A stretch of DNA of 57,094 nucleotides, counting the filler, from Dimargaris cristalligena (lineage: Eukaryota): the NCBI GenBank assembly GCA_003614675.1. It is 3 parts of 3 records of this genome, joined end to end, with 100 filler letters (N's around TTAATTAATTAA, not from the genome) between each part and the next. Parts side by side here need not be neighbours in the genome. Positions count along the whole stretch, not along the records: positions 19,118 to 38,076 come from ML002746.1; positions 38,177 to 57,094 come from ML002747.1; 1 more part is not named here. One strand, given 5' to 3'. The position numbers and the translations under genes were made by a program. The notes beneath the pieces are model-generated. The model did no database searches, was not told where the DNA came from, and was given only the letters and a program-made list of their open reading frames with translations. This document shows, in pieces, positions 26,401-39,385 of this stretch; position 1 is the stretch's first letter, and each line of letters begins with the position of its first letter.

Positions 26401-29400
26401 TGATTGAGGACTTGAATACCCTATTTCGAGGCGACCCTCTTCCACCAAAGACATTGCCCTTCCAAAGCTGGACATCCCAGCTGGGTGAATATGCAGCAAC
26501 TCTTTCGGCCGATATCTGGCCCACCCAGGTGGACTCTAAAAGGACAATTCCGGACATTCGGGCACTCCTTCCCCCTCCGGGACTAGATGGCCCCTGTATC
26601 CAGGCAGCCCGCCTCTCCACTTTCTCTAAATTTGATTCTGAATCCACCCAGGCATTGCTATTCCAGCTAGCCCCGCAACTGCGTGTCACTCCACACGATC
26701 TTCTTCTTGCCACCTTCACCCACGCCTTTGCCACTACCATTGGGTTAGACCAGGTGACTTTTTGCATGGAAGGACACGGTCGGGAGCCGTGGTTAGCAGA
26801 CCAGGACATTACCCGCACAGTCGGCTGGTTTACTGCTCTGTATCCTCTTGTTCTTCGAGTTGAACCCGATCAGTCCTTACTGGACCTATTGCGCCATACC
26901 AAGGAATCCCTACAGGAAATCCCAATGAAGGGATTCCCCTACTCCGTATTAAAACACATGCCCGGAGTTCCAGCGGAGGAGCGAGCCAAGCTACAGGCCA
27001 AGACTCCGGACCGGTTAGATGTCCAATTCAACTATTTTGGGCGCTTCAACCATTCCGGTGGTGACCTCAGCGATGATATTTTATCCATCGAATGGTCGGA
27101 CTACTTCGGCCTACACGACTTTGCTCCCCAGGAAAAGGTCGTCTATGACATTAACCCCATGCCCACCGTCGTTGGCGATTGTTTACGTCTAGTTATGGAG
27201 TACAATCCACTGGTCTATTACCGAACAATTGTCGATAAAATTATGGGTAAATGGCGCGAGAATCTTGTTCAGCTCGCCGGTGTTATCAACCAGCCGCAGT
27301 TCATTGGTATAGAGCCTCTTCTGACGCGACATGATTTTGCCCACCTTCAGCTCTCTGACTCCGAATTCCAGGAGACTGTTGCCGAACTCCGCCACCGTCG
27401 CATTCCATTGGCTGAGGTGGAGGCCCTGCTACCCTGCATTGCGCTCCAGGGCGGTCTGCTAACCGGACTGTCAACCGACAAAACCGCCTATTTGGTGCAG
27501 GTTGCCTTCAAAGTAAATGGACCGCTAAATATCGATCGATTGCTTAAGGCCTGGCAGGAGGTTTCCCAGCAGCATACCTCCCTGCGCACCGTGTTTCTTG
27601 AGTCGTCGTCGAAACACTCCCGGGGATTTATCCAGGCCGTCCTTGGGTCGTGTTCCACAGTCTGGACTATTTCCGACCAGCCCCTAGCGTCGCTAGAGGA
27701 ATTCTTGACCCAAAACCGCCAGCGAGGGTTTACACTGCAGGAGCATATGATCCGCAACTTTGTGTTCCCTACCGCGGATAGTCAGGTGCACGATGTCATT
27801 GTGACCTTCCACCATTCTCTGTGCGATGGCTGGTCGCTGTCCCTACTACTGCACGCGTGGGCGGAAGCTTACCACTACCCCAATCAGACTGTATCGAATC
27901 CAGCAGCCACTTTTACTTCTATCGTTCACCATGTCGGCCAACTCCATTCGGAATCCGCCCAAGTCTTCTGGGGTGAATTTTTACAGGGCGCCCTTACTAC
28001 TCCTGCACCTTTAATCCTCCTTGACCACGCCGGTGTATCTGATTGGGCCGAATACGTAACCCAGATTGATATTTCTAAAGCTGAACTAACGCGTTGTTCA
28101 CAGGCACGAAATGTGACGGTGGCCACTCTACTACGGGCGGCCTATGCTCTAGTTCTGGGGCGCCTGCTTGATCAGGACGATGTAGTATTTGGCGTGACCC
28201 TGTCTGGACGGAATCTAAGTGTGTCGGGGATAGACCGGACCATTGGCCCCTGCACAAACACACTACCATTCCGCGTACGCTTAGACCGTTCCTCCATCTT
28301 TACCTGGCTGCAAACCCTCCACCTGGACCTGGTGGCTATGATCCCGTTCGAACATTCAGTGCTAACTGACATTATCCGTTGGACCTCAACCGGCCAAACT
28401 GGACCACTGTTCCAAACGCTTCTGGGGATGGAGAACTTCCCAGACCTCGTAGCCGACCCTACGCACGACTTTACCCTGTCCGACATGCGAATCCACGAAT
28501 TCACGGAATATCCCTTAGCCGTTAATTACATTGACAGTCCTCATGTAATCAAAGCTAAGGTATTCTACAACACGTCCAACTATTCCGAGGCAGCTATAAG
28601 CCAAATAATTGGCATGCTTCAGACCATTCTAGGGCAGATTCTATCAGCGGATACCAATACAACTGTGGACCAACTGTCGCTCGTAACCCCACTGTCGAAT
28701 CGCCAAATTACCATTGTGGCAGATCGGGGCAACACAACGGCCACTGTTCAGCCCCTATCGCTTGTTCAAGTTTGGGATACTATACTAAGCGACCATACCG
28801 ACCTCCAGGCGTACATTTCAGAAGTGTACAGTCTGTCGTACGGCCAGGTTGATATGTTGGCTGATATCCTTGCATTTCAATCAGGGCAAACTCTTGGGAC
28901 ACCCAGCGCATCCATAGTCGCCCTTGTGGGCAGTGCCGAAGATTTACTCGTTTGTTTGGTGAGCGCAATCAAGATGGGTGCTCATCTCACCCTTTTGGCA
29001 GCTCCCTGCACTCTTACCCAACTGATGCTGTGCATCGAATCGACAGCGAGTCAGGTTGTATGGCTACCATCTACGAAAACCGATGATATTCAATCGCTTC
29101 TGAATGGGATTGCGGAACTCATTACTATACCGAATGCAATTGATGAGCACGTTAACGAAAGGCTCTTACTTTGTCAATTCAATCCCAGTTACGATCTCCA
29201 GGACCTCAGTTTGACGTTCATTTCCCAAAAGAATTCGGACGACCCGGCATGGTTCACGGTGAATAGCCAGGGTATCCAGCGAACCCTTGCCTCCACCCAG
29301 TCTTACATTTCTGAGATTGACCATTTTATTATTGACCATTCTTTGGCACTCGCTACCCCCCAGGCTGCCTGGCTCATCCTCTCGTGCCTATTTTCGCATA

Positions 29401-32400
29401 AAACGATTATCACGTCCGACTCTTCCCTAGGCGAAAATACCAAATCATCTACGTATCATGTTGTGGATGTAAATTGTAAATGTGATGGCTCACTTAAAGG
29501 TCGCACAATGGTTCTTTGCGACCTAGCCCAAGCTCGCTGGCCCGAATCCACCAATCTGATCAAGCCCACTGATATATGCATATCATTTTTTGATACCGTC
29601 TTCCACGGTCACCAACGTGCCACTATGGAGCAGTTGGTATCCCGGTCTTTTCTGTCGGTGGATAAGGCCCCAATGAACTATTCCCTGGACGTCGTGGATG
29701 GCCAAGGACATACTTGCCCCACCGGAGTCGTTGGCCACCTTGCATTTTCCGATACTCTGGGCGCCAACAAATTTAGTCCAACACACCACTCGGTTCTTGG
29801 CTATCAAGGTAATACCGGCCTCGTGCACATGCTAGGTCCCGCCTCCCAGAGAGCAGTTGCTAAAGGTCAACAAGTTCACCTTGGTCTACTGAACCAGACG
29901 CTAGTTGAGGCAAGTGCCCTTTCCCCAAGGAGTTTGATACTTCCCGATGGTCAACTGGTCGCTTTGGTAGCAGGTGGTTCTGACGAGGATCTATCCCGAT
30001 TAGAAGAGGACATGGCCCCACCCGTTATTCCACTGGCTCTAGTGCCACATGCCATTATATCGACCCAGGTTTTCCCCCACGTGACCGATCTCGCTGAGCA
30101 TCTTCTGCTTCCCTTTGCGCAGGCTTATCTTACCGCCCTGCCACTGCGCTACTCCAAATCAATGTCGGAAACAGAATGGTGGCTCACTGTAGCGGTGAAT
30201 GAGCTGAATAGTTCATTAACGCACTCTACTGACTATTCCGCTGCCCCTCTTCCCCGGACTTCAGGCAATGCTACACTGGCCCAGTTGGAACTGCTCCAAT
30301 ATCGCATTCACTCTAAATTCGGTGTCGCCATGCCCCTGGGTGACCTGATTAAACACGCCGATCTCCGAGTGCTATCTTCTGTTATTACGGAGAGAATGAA
30401 TGGGGGCCCATCTAGGCGCTCAGGTGAATCCAGCGTCGGAGTGACTGACGTTAGCCTACCATCGCATTCGCTTCTCCGCTGTCAGACTCGGCCGACTACC
30501 CACCGCCAGCAACAAATATGGTCTCTCAGTCGGATTAGCAATTCCGTTAACGACTTTTATCACCAATGTGTGATCACCTCCAAAACCCCACTCCAACTGG
30601 CAAACGTCCAGCGGGCTGTCGACCATTTAACCGCCTCATTTGGGTCTCTTCGGTACCAGTTTACTCCTGTCCGGGGTGTACTGACTTGTCATGTTTTACC
30701 TCGTGTGCGAACTGAAATTAATGAAACCCAGTTGTCCATATCCCAGCCACTGGCCGTCGATGAGCTATTTTCACAGGATACCCGATTCAACCTTGGGCGA
30801 GGGGTCCTCGTTCAGGTGGAACTGTATCATTTTACCAAACCTATTGATAGTGATGCAAGGTCGGCCGTGTGCTTTCGAGTTCATGACCTTGCCGCGGATA
30901 GCCTTCTCTTTAATAGCATGGCCAACCATTTGGCTATGGGATTATACGAAATTAGCCCAATCAGCTATAACCCATCGTTGACCGAGTTCCACTCAGATTG
31001 CTATTTTAATAATGAAACTAATAGCAATTATTGGAGAACCCTTCTCTCTGAACCCCCCTCCCAGCTAAATCTGCCTCTGGATCACCCCCGTCCCCTTCTC
31101 CCCAATTTCCAGTCCGCCTCAGTCGGCCTTGGAATTGACGCTGATCTGGTGTTGTCCCTTTCCAAATTTATAAAAACGGATTCATTCACTCGGGGTGATA
31201 TTTGGCTGGCACTCTTTGCCTCATTTCTAAAGCGATTGACGGGCCAGGATGATATCATCGTCGAATGCAGCGGTTTGGAAGGCCCTTCCTGTGACCAACC
31301 AGTCGGAACTACTCAACTACCCGCTGCCCCTATTCCCATCCGCTGTTCTGGTAACTGGCCAACCCGTATCTCTCATTTGGCTGAACACATTTGCCATCAG
31401 CGTCGCCAGTCTATGAGCTATCCAACCCCATCAATTGAGTTTTATTCCTCACTGGTGAATGACCCGGGCCATGTCCGACTAGCAGGTCTGGCTCAGGCTC
31501 GGGTTTCCATTTTTCCAGATTCCCATGACCAACTTGGCTACAGTAGTGCCCAGGTGGTCTATCCCAATACATCCCGATCGCTATTCACGTATGACTTGGA
31601 GCTGATTATCCGAGAGACGGCTTCCGTGTCGCATTGCAATATTCGCTATAATCCGGATATAATAGAAGATTCAATGGCCAAGCGCTTATTACACAACTTC
31701 CTCCACTATGCCCAGGCCTGTTTACACCCCGAACAGGCGTGGTCCGATGCTTCCATGGTATCTTCCGATGAGTCCCGCATCTTACTCGAGAACTATGCCT
31801 TTGGTGGCCTATCATCTGTCATACCGACCGAGGAGCCGCCTGCGAGTATTTTATGCCAATTCAACCGGACGGTGGGCCTCTTTCCCGATTGTCCTGCCGC
31901 CGAGGTATCCGGACAAGTATGGACTTACATGTATTTCATGGATCGTATTCAGTTAGTGGCTGCAGGGCTGCGCAATGCTCTGATTCAGCCGGGAGATAAA
32001 ATCGGTGTTATTGTCGCCAATCATCCGGACACAGTGGTCGGAATTCTGGCGACTTGGACCGTCGGGGCAGTCTACGTTCCAGTGGATTGTAAACTGCCTG
32101 TTAAACGTCAGAAGTATGTCATCGAGGCGGCTAACTGCAGGCTCGTTCTAAACACCACAACCATGCCCACTCAGTTTCCTGGTACTTTGGTCCTTCCTGA
32201 ACTACTAGTGGGCAATGGCGATTCTCATGGCCAGTTTGACGTATACCATAGTCACCCCGACGACCTGGCATACGTTATATTCACTTCGGGGTCGACGGGT
32301 CTACCCAAAGGTGTTATGGTCACCCATAGCAATCTCAATTACCAGATTAGCAATCCAATCTTCCAAGAGCTACGAGTGGCAGAACAGCGGGTCATGGTGG

Positions 32401-35400
32401 GGACTGCACCTGGGTTCGACGTATTTATCCTGAATTCCCTCCTTCCTTTGTGTACCGGGTCGACGCTGGTGTTCTATGGGGACAGTTTGGCTGAAACTCT
32501 GCGCTACGTTGACCAAACCTGGCTAGTGCCGTCAGTCATCAACCGGCTCGACCCTTTGGACTATCCCAACCTCAAGGCCTTGTGCCTAGCGGGTGAGCCC
32601 CTCAGCCGCGAGCTAGTTGACAAATGGTCGGCTGTTCCCGCCATCTATAACGGCTATGGGCCAACCGAGACCACTATCATTAGCCACTTTACCCGAGTCT
32701 CTCCCACTGGCGCCATCCCCATTGGCCCACCGATTCCTAATTACGAGTGCTATATTCTCGATAATCGGCTGCAGCTAGTACCCATCGGGGCAATTGGCGA
32801 AATTTGTATTGGTGGTGTTGGTGTTGGCCGTGGATACATTAACCGACCTGACCTTAATCCCGCCGTATTTATCGATAACCCCTTCACTGGCCAAGGTAAA
32901 CTCTACCGCACCGGTGACCTGGGTCGCTGGTTAACCAACGGCCAGGTCGAATGTCTAGGGCGCATGGACAGCCAGGTTAAACTCCGGGGATTCCGTATCG
33001 AGTTGGACGAGATCCGTAGTGTCTTGATGCGCCAGCCCGGAGTCCAGGACTGCGTCGTTTTTGTCCATGACCAATTCTTAGTCAGCTATGTCTTCCCTGA
33101 ATCCGCCGCCAATATTGATAAGCTTCACATTATTGTTGCCGATCATTTACCGTCTTATATGATACCCAGCTACTTCGTGGGTCTACCCACCGTTCCCCTC
33201 ACCGCCAATGGCAAGTGCGATACCAAATTATTGCTTAGTCATTTCACCCAATATTTGGCCACCCAGCGGAAGCGGGTACCGCTATCTGATTTTGCATTAG
33301 ACTCGGCCAGTCAGGCAGTAGGGGCCCTGACCCAAGCACTAATTGATGTACTTGGTCTAGCCCCCGACCAGATTAATCTACTGCCTTCATTTGTTAAACT
33401 TGGTGGTGACTCTATTTCGGCTATTCAGGCTTCGTCGAAATGTCGTCAGCTCGGATTTACCCTACCCACCGCGACTCTATTGGGATCAAAGTCTCTATGT
33501 GCTCTAATTGGCAGTATGGAAGCCATTGATTCTTCTGCCCACCAGAAAAACTTACCCAAAATAATTAAATACCACACCACCTTCCCGCTGACCCCTGTTC
33601 AGCGGTGGTTCTTTGACCATCCCTGGCGCAACCCCAATCACTTCAACCAGTCGTTTGCCCTCGAATTGACCCGGCCATTGTCTGCTACTCAGATCGAGTC
33701 TGCCCTTCTCCGCCTGGTCAACCACCACGACATATTGCGCTGTCAGTTTACCCAGGACGTGGCTAATTCACCCAGTCGGTGGTCTCAGTGTATATTGCCG
33801 CCATTTTCCAGTTTACCTATTCCCGTGGTGGAAGCCACTGTCCCTCTGCCCGACTGCCCTGGCCAGTTCACATCGATCCAGTCCTCGCTTGATATCTTCC
33901 AGGGGCATCACCTGGCTGCAGGTCTTATTACCGTCTTGGAACCCGTCGGCTCATTTGCTGATAGTGAACCTAATACCACAGCTGTATCTCAGACATCTCC
34001 ACGGCAGTTGTTATTCTTAACGATTCACCACCTGGTAGTGGATTTGGTATCTTGGTCAATTCTGTTGGGGGATTTGGCCCGACTTCTGGATGGCCAATTG
34101 CCAGTGCCACAGCATCTCTCGTTTGCAACCTGGGCAACAGAGTCGGCTGAATGGGCTAAACAAACTACCACTATGTTTGAACAGCCATTGTCTTCAATAC
34201 CACCGCCATCGTTTTTACCCCTTACTAGTCCTGATAACTTGGAATTCAATACCCGGGGTAATTCAGAATATATGTCGATCACCTTGGATAAAATCCACTC
34301 GGATGCCTTGGTGGGAGTTGATATCACTCTTATCCAGCCTCTGGAACTGATGCTAGCTGGCCTATTCCAGGCCCTCTACTCTTTAACACAGGCCTCGACC
34401 ATTATTGTTTTTAATGAATCCTATGGCCGCCATTCTTGGGATAGTAGACTTGGCCCCAGTCGATCAGTGGGTTGGTTTACCCCTCTTGTACCCTACCTGT
34501 CCCAGGCCAGCCCTGATACATCAACTCTGGATTTCATTAAACTGGCCAAACAGGCCCTCCGATCGTCGCATGTTACCGACGGGCCACCGTATGGCTTACA
34601 GAAAATGGTAAACTGCCCTGGACCTGCAACTTCCACTGGTCGACCCTATGTACCGATTGATGTCGTATTCAATTACCAGGAGCATACGGTACAGCATGGC
34701 ATGCTGATCCAGGAGGGCTGTGCCCCTTGGTCGGTTTGCCCCGAACTGACATCAAACCTAGCCGTCTGCCACTCCGAAGAACTCCGCGCACAATTATTAG
34801 AAATTACTGGCTTACCAACCTCTAATGGTTTAATATTCGCGGTCCATTACTGTCCGCAGGTCATATCGACGGGTGTTATTGAGTCTCTTTTGCATAACTT
34901 CGAGGACTCCCTTGTCAGTATGGTAGAGTTCCTCTGCCAAGCCCCTTTCCCGAGTTTGTGGACACCGACTGATTTCCCTAACTTGAAAGCCACCCTACCT
35001 GAATTAGCAAAGCTCGAGTCCGAACTTCCCACAGTGGGACTTTCCCCTATCGATGTCGAAGACCTTTATCCTATGCTACCTATGCAACAGGGCATGTGGA
35101 CGGCCACCGCCAAGGATCCTTCCGAATACATTATTCAATTGGCCTTCACCGTGGCGGGTGTTTCGGATTTAGACCAAATTTATGCTGCGACCAGGACTTT
35201 GGTTGCGGACCATGCCATTTTGCGCACAACGTTTTTGACTACGTGGAGTAATCCGTACTGTGATGGTGTCCAGATTATAACCCGGGCCCCACGTTTCGAT
35301 TGGCATGTCCTTCGCGAGTGGTCTGATGTGGGCGCCGATAGTGAAGACGACTTCCTAGCGGCAGATCAGATGCGAGGATTTACACCAGATGAGCCGCTAC

Positions 35401-38076
35401 TCCGAGTATACGTCAAACAGTTGTCATCCAGTTCGATACGCTACCTGTTGACCATTCACCACGCCCTGACAGACGGCTGGTCAATGGGTCTTCTCATTCA
35501 ACAGCTCCGGATTCGCCTGCAAAAAGAAGCTCCGATTCAAGCTGTGGTCGTACCATTATTCCGCCATTATGTTAGCTATTATTTGCAGTCATACACCCCC
35601 GAAGCCGAGTCATTCTGGCGTAGTTACCTTCAAGGAGTTGAGCAGCCCACTGAGTTGGAACTTCCCCAGCCCTTGGATAAGCCTGAATCGCGGGGTATGA
35701 CCGAATTTCACTTCACCTTGTTCTCTGATTATGATAGGATTCAGCGAGTTGCTAGGCATTTGGGATGCACTCCCTATATCCTTATTAAGGCCTCGTGGGC
35801 TATCCTACTGAGCCGCTACACTGACCACACCGATGTTATATTTGGTAACACTGTGACTGGTCGAGCACTTCCCTTGGCCAATGTCGATTCTCTTGTGGGG
35901 TGCCTTATTAACACTGTTCCCTTCCGAGTCCGATTTGATTCTAATATGCCCGTGTTAGAGCTGGTCTCATCGATCAACGCCACCTCCCAACAGATAGTCT
36001 TGTTTGAGCACCACCATGTTGCAAAGATTAATGAATGGGTGGATGGCGATGTCCGTCCCAGCGATATGTTCAATACTCTAGTGGTATATGAGAACTACCC
36101 TGATCCCGGACTAGGAAATTTAAATCATTCGGTGACTTTTACAGACGCCAAGTCAGCCGGGTCCACTGACTATCCCTTGACTGTTATTGCAAGAGTGGAA
36201 CACGATGAAATTACTGCACTATTGAGCTGGGATTCGTCCCAGATTGGCCAATACTACGTAGAGTCCTTGGCTCAGCATCTCTGTACCTTATTTGATGGGC
36301 TGGTTTGCGCCCTTACCGATTTGGAAAAACATACTCTTGTTCAGGATCTCCCGATGCTATCCGCTGATGAGACAACAATAGTCACTAAGCAGTTCGCCTG
36401 TCCGACTCTGGCTGTTGATTTCGATGCATGTGTGCCGGACTTGTTTACTCGTTTGGCTCAGAGCAGACCCAATGTAATTGCCGTCGAATGTGAGGATAAA
36501 AAGTGGACCTATGAGTATTTACACCACCAGTCACTTAGTCTCGCCCAGCGGCTGCTTGACCGAGGGATCCCGCGTGAGACACCCATTGGCCTGCTCATTG
36601 ACCGGATACCCAGTACAATTGCAGCCTTCATGGGCCTACAGTTGTCAGGGGCTGTTTTGGTTCCCTTGGACCCCACTTTTCCCATTGAGCGAATCCAGTT
36701 TATCATAGAAGACTGTGGCATTGGCCTGGTTCTTACCAATATGGCGGACCAGTCCAAGCTCTCTGCTATTCGCGTAGCCCTCAGCCAAGTCGAAATCCAA
36801 CCAATCGACCCTTGGCTTATGCCCCTCCAACTGCCTCAAGACCAGTTGCCTATCCTCCCGCACTTAAGCTCCTCCGACCTTTCCTATATAATATACACTT
36901 CGGGAACCACGGGTCGGCCCAAGGGCGTTCAAATCGAACATCGCCTGATGGGCAACTTTGTCCAACAGTTGGAGTCAACATTTGGTATATGCACCGGCCA
37001 GCGCCTAATGCAGAATATGGCCCTAACCTTTGACGCTGCACTGCTCGAAATATTTACCGGCCTATGCAAGGGGGCCACCCTTGTTCTTCGGACCGATCTG
37101 TTGGATACACTGCCCAAAGTGGATGCTATATTCGCCACCCCTACTGTACTGGCATCCGTTGATCCGGCGCAATACCCTAAACTTCAAACGGTCATCTCCG
37201 GCGGAGAGGCCCTTCCTCGAAAAGTGGCCGAACGCTGGGCCCGGTATTGTCGAGTGTTCAATATATACGGGCCCACGGAGGTTCTGGCATCACATGCCGT
37301 TGAGTACAGCCTTGGTGATACTTTGACTATAGGCCGCCCAATCCCCAATACCCAGGGTTATATCCTCGATCACTTCTTGCGCCCTGTTCCAATCGGAGTA
37401 CGTGGTGAAATCTACGTGGGTGGTGCGCAGGTCTCGCGGGGTTATGTCAACCTGCCCGAACTCAATAAGGAAAGATTAATCACCAACCCTTTTACCGGAG
37501 AAGGCAATATATATCGTACGGGGGACTCTGCCCGCTGGCTACTAAATGGCACCGTTGAGTACTTTTCTCGCCATGACGATCAGGTAAAAATCCGCGGTCA
37601 TCGAATTGAGCTCAAGGAAATTGAATCTGTATTACTCAGCCATCCGGATGTGCAGAGAGCCGCTGTGGTCATTATCAGTCGAAGTATCTATGCCTTCGTC
37701 TGCCCTGCCCCTGTTTCCATCGAGTCCGTCAAGTTGCACATTGGTCGGATTCTGCCGGCCTATATGAACCCCAATACCATCTGTAATATTGACGAGTTGC
37801 CCCGCAATACCAACGGCAAGACCGACAAACATGCCTTAATCGCCCGAATCGCAGAGTTGGCCGCAATGGATACTGGTCGTGCTATTACTGCCCCGCGGAA
37901 TCCAGTGCAGGCCCTAGTCGTGGAGGCCCTCAGCCAGGCGTTGGATACTCCCTGTGACCAGATTGACATTTATGATTCCTTTTTCCAACTCGGTGGCGAC
38001 TCGATTTCTGCCATTCGCTTTTCCTCCCTCTGCCGAGACCGTGGTCTACATATTTCAATCGCCCAGGTGTTCAAGT
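23421..38076 (+). CDS. multimodular NRPS, intronless, 3'-truncated by gap: C(half)-A1-T1-E1-C2-A2*-T2*-C3*-A3-T3-E3-C4-A4-T4 (* degenerate)
   Basis: Single ORF >4880 aa. A-domain cores YTSGTTGRPKG/FTSGSTGLPKG (~24674, ~32280, ~36894) with YGPTE and YRTGD. T motifs GGDSI (~25788, ~33402, ~37992). E domains HHILVD..EGHGRE..RTVGWFT (~26364) and HHLVVD..ESYGRH..RSVGWFT (~34026). C domains HHSLCDG (~27810) and HHALTDG (~35457). Confidence 0.97.
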
Positions 38077-38176
38077 NNNNNNNNNNNNNNNNNNNNNNNN
38101 NNNNNNNNNNNNNNNNNNNNTTAATTAATTAANNNNNNNNNNNNNNNNNNNNNNNNNNNNNNNNNNNNNNNNNNNN
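38077..38176. other. assembly gap with TTAATTAATTAA filler; supplies the artificial NRPS stop
   Basis: N-run identical in design to the first gap. Confidence 0.98.
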
Positions 38177-38500
38177 TACTTGCCTCATCAAATGGATTTT
38201 TCGTTATACAGCCTTGTTGAACTACTCCCATATGGTTTTACGATATCTGTTTGGGATAACAAGTAGAATATAGGTGAGATTCGGCCTTGCTATAAAGTGA
38301 AAAATCCGTTTGGCGAGACCAGTATTACTGGTTAGACCCTGACATCCCACCCATATAGGTTATACACCCTATTTAAAATCATATACCACTTAGCTGATTT
38401 TTCACCCATGTTCATTTTTGACCAGTAATATGTGCGTTTCTTCCAAAGGATTTTTCGTTAAGCGGCCCATTTGAACTTCTGCCATTCTTACACCCCTTCC
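38177..38500. repeat. array of direct and inverted copies of the ~80-bp unit also found at 22430-22517
   Basis: 38177-38233 matches 22459-22515 at 55/57 nt. ~38270-38355 is an inverted diverged copy and ~38415-38485 a direct diverged copy. Confidence 0.8.
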
Positions 38501-39385
38501 CTGGTTTTTGGTTGGGCTAAACAGTATAATCCTCCACCATTGATTAGAAAATTAATGAAATGGCTCATAGGCACGTGACCTTTAAGCAATGCTATTTGTG
38601 GAGAAAAATACTTCCTGTCTTATTGGATATTGCCGCCCTCCCTATCATCGTCATTCTTCAGAATAAATAGCGGGTGTGGCGATCCCTGTTCCTTACGATC
38701 TCATCTTGCTGATCCTTTGTCCCCTCACTCATGGAAAGTCGTTTCCTATTTTCATCCGTGTAATTAGTAGGTACTCACTCTCATCTGTTGATGTGGATTA
38801 TTCCTCCGTTTCTCCTAGTCCATGTCTTCGATGGCCTTGACCGAGATGATGTTTTACTTGAAATTAGCTCTAGCTTAGTGTCAATAGCCTTCGGGTCCAA
38901 TTCATGCTGAGACTGTAACCCTGATCAATTCGATATAGCCGACTGGATGCCAACCTTGGATTAGCCCATGTAATTTATACTGGATGCCGTCTAACCTCCG
39001 TTTCCTCCACGTTTTTCATTGTTAAAAATTCGGCAATCTAGGCAGCTAGATGGCTAACCATCAAGTGTTCGCGGACTTGTTTCTCTCGTGTAAAATGCTA
39101 TACCATGTATAAATAAACCTTCATTTTAAATACAATTGTAATTGGATTTTGATATATTTGGAGGTAAAGTGATATAGATCACTGTTTTGTGAGTTCGGGA
39201 GCGAGTTTGAAAGGGGAAATATGGTATATTTACCTGACAGGATTCAATGGTTGTATGCTACTATGCTGCATATAGAGACGCTAAGGCGGGTATATAAAGA
39301 CGTGCTGTTGGTGGCGAATTGCTAGTTGCTTCCTCCCCCCACTATTAAATCGACTTTGCTTGTCTATCAACCGTTTTCTTGCACC

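Noticed and set aside
38077-38132. NRPS C-terminus ...XXXLIN* and the TTAATTAATTAA palindromes in both gaps
   Set aside because: Scaffolding filler, not biological; the NRPS continues into the gap.
38177-38500. CRISPR-like array
   Set aside because: Units are long, diverged and in mixed orientation without regular spacers; eukaryotic context, no cas genes.
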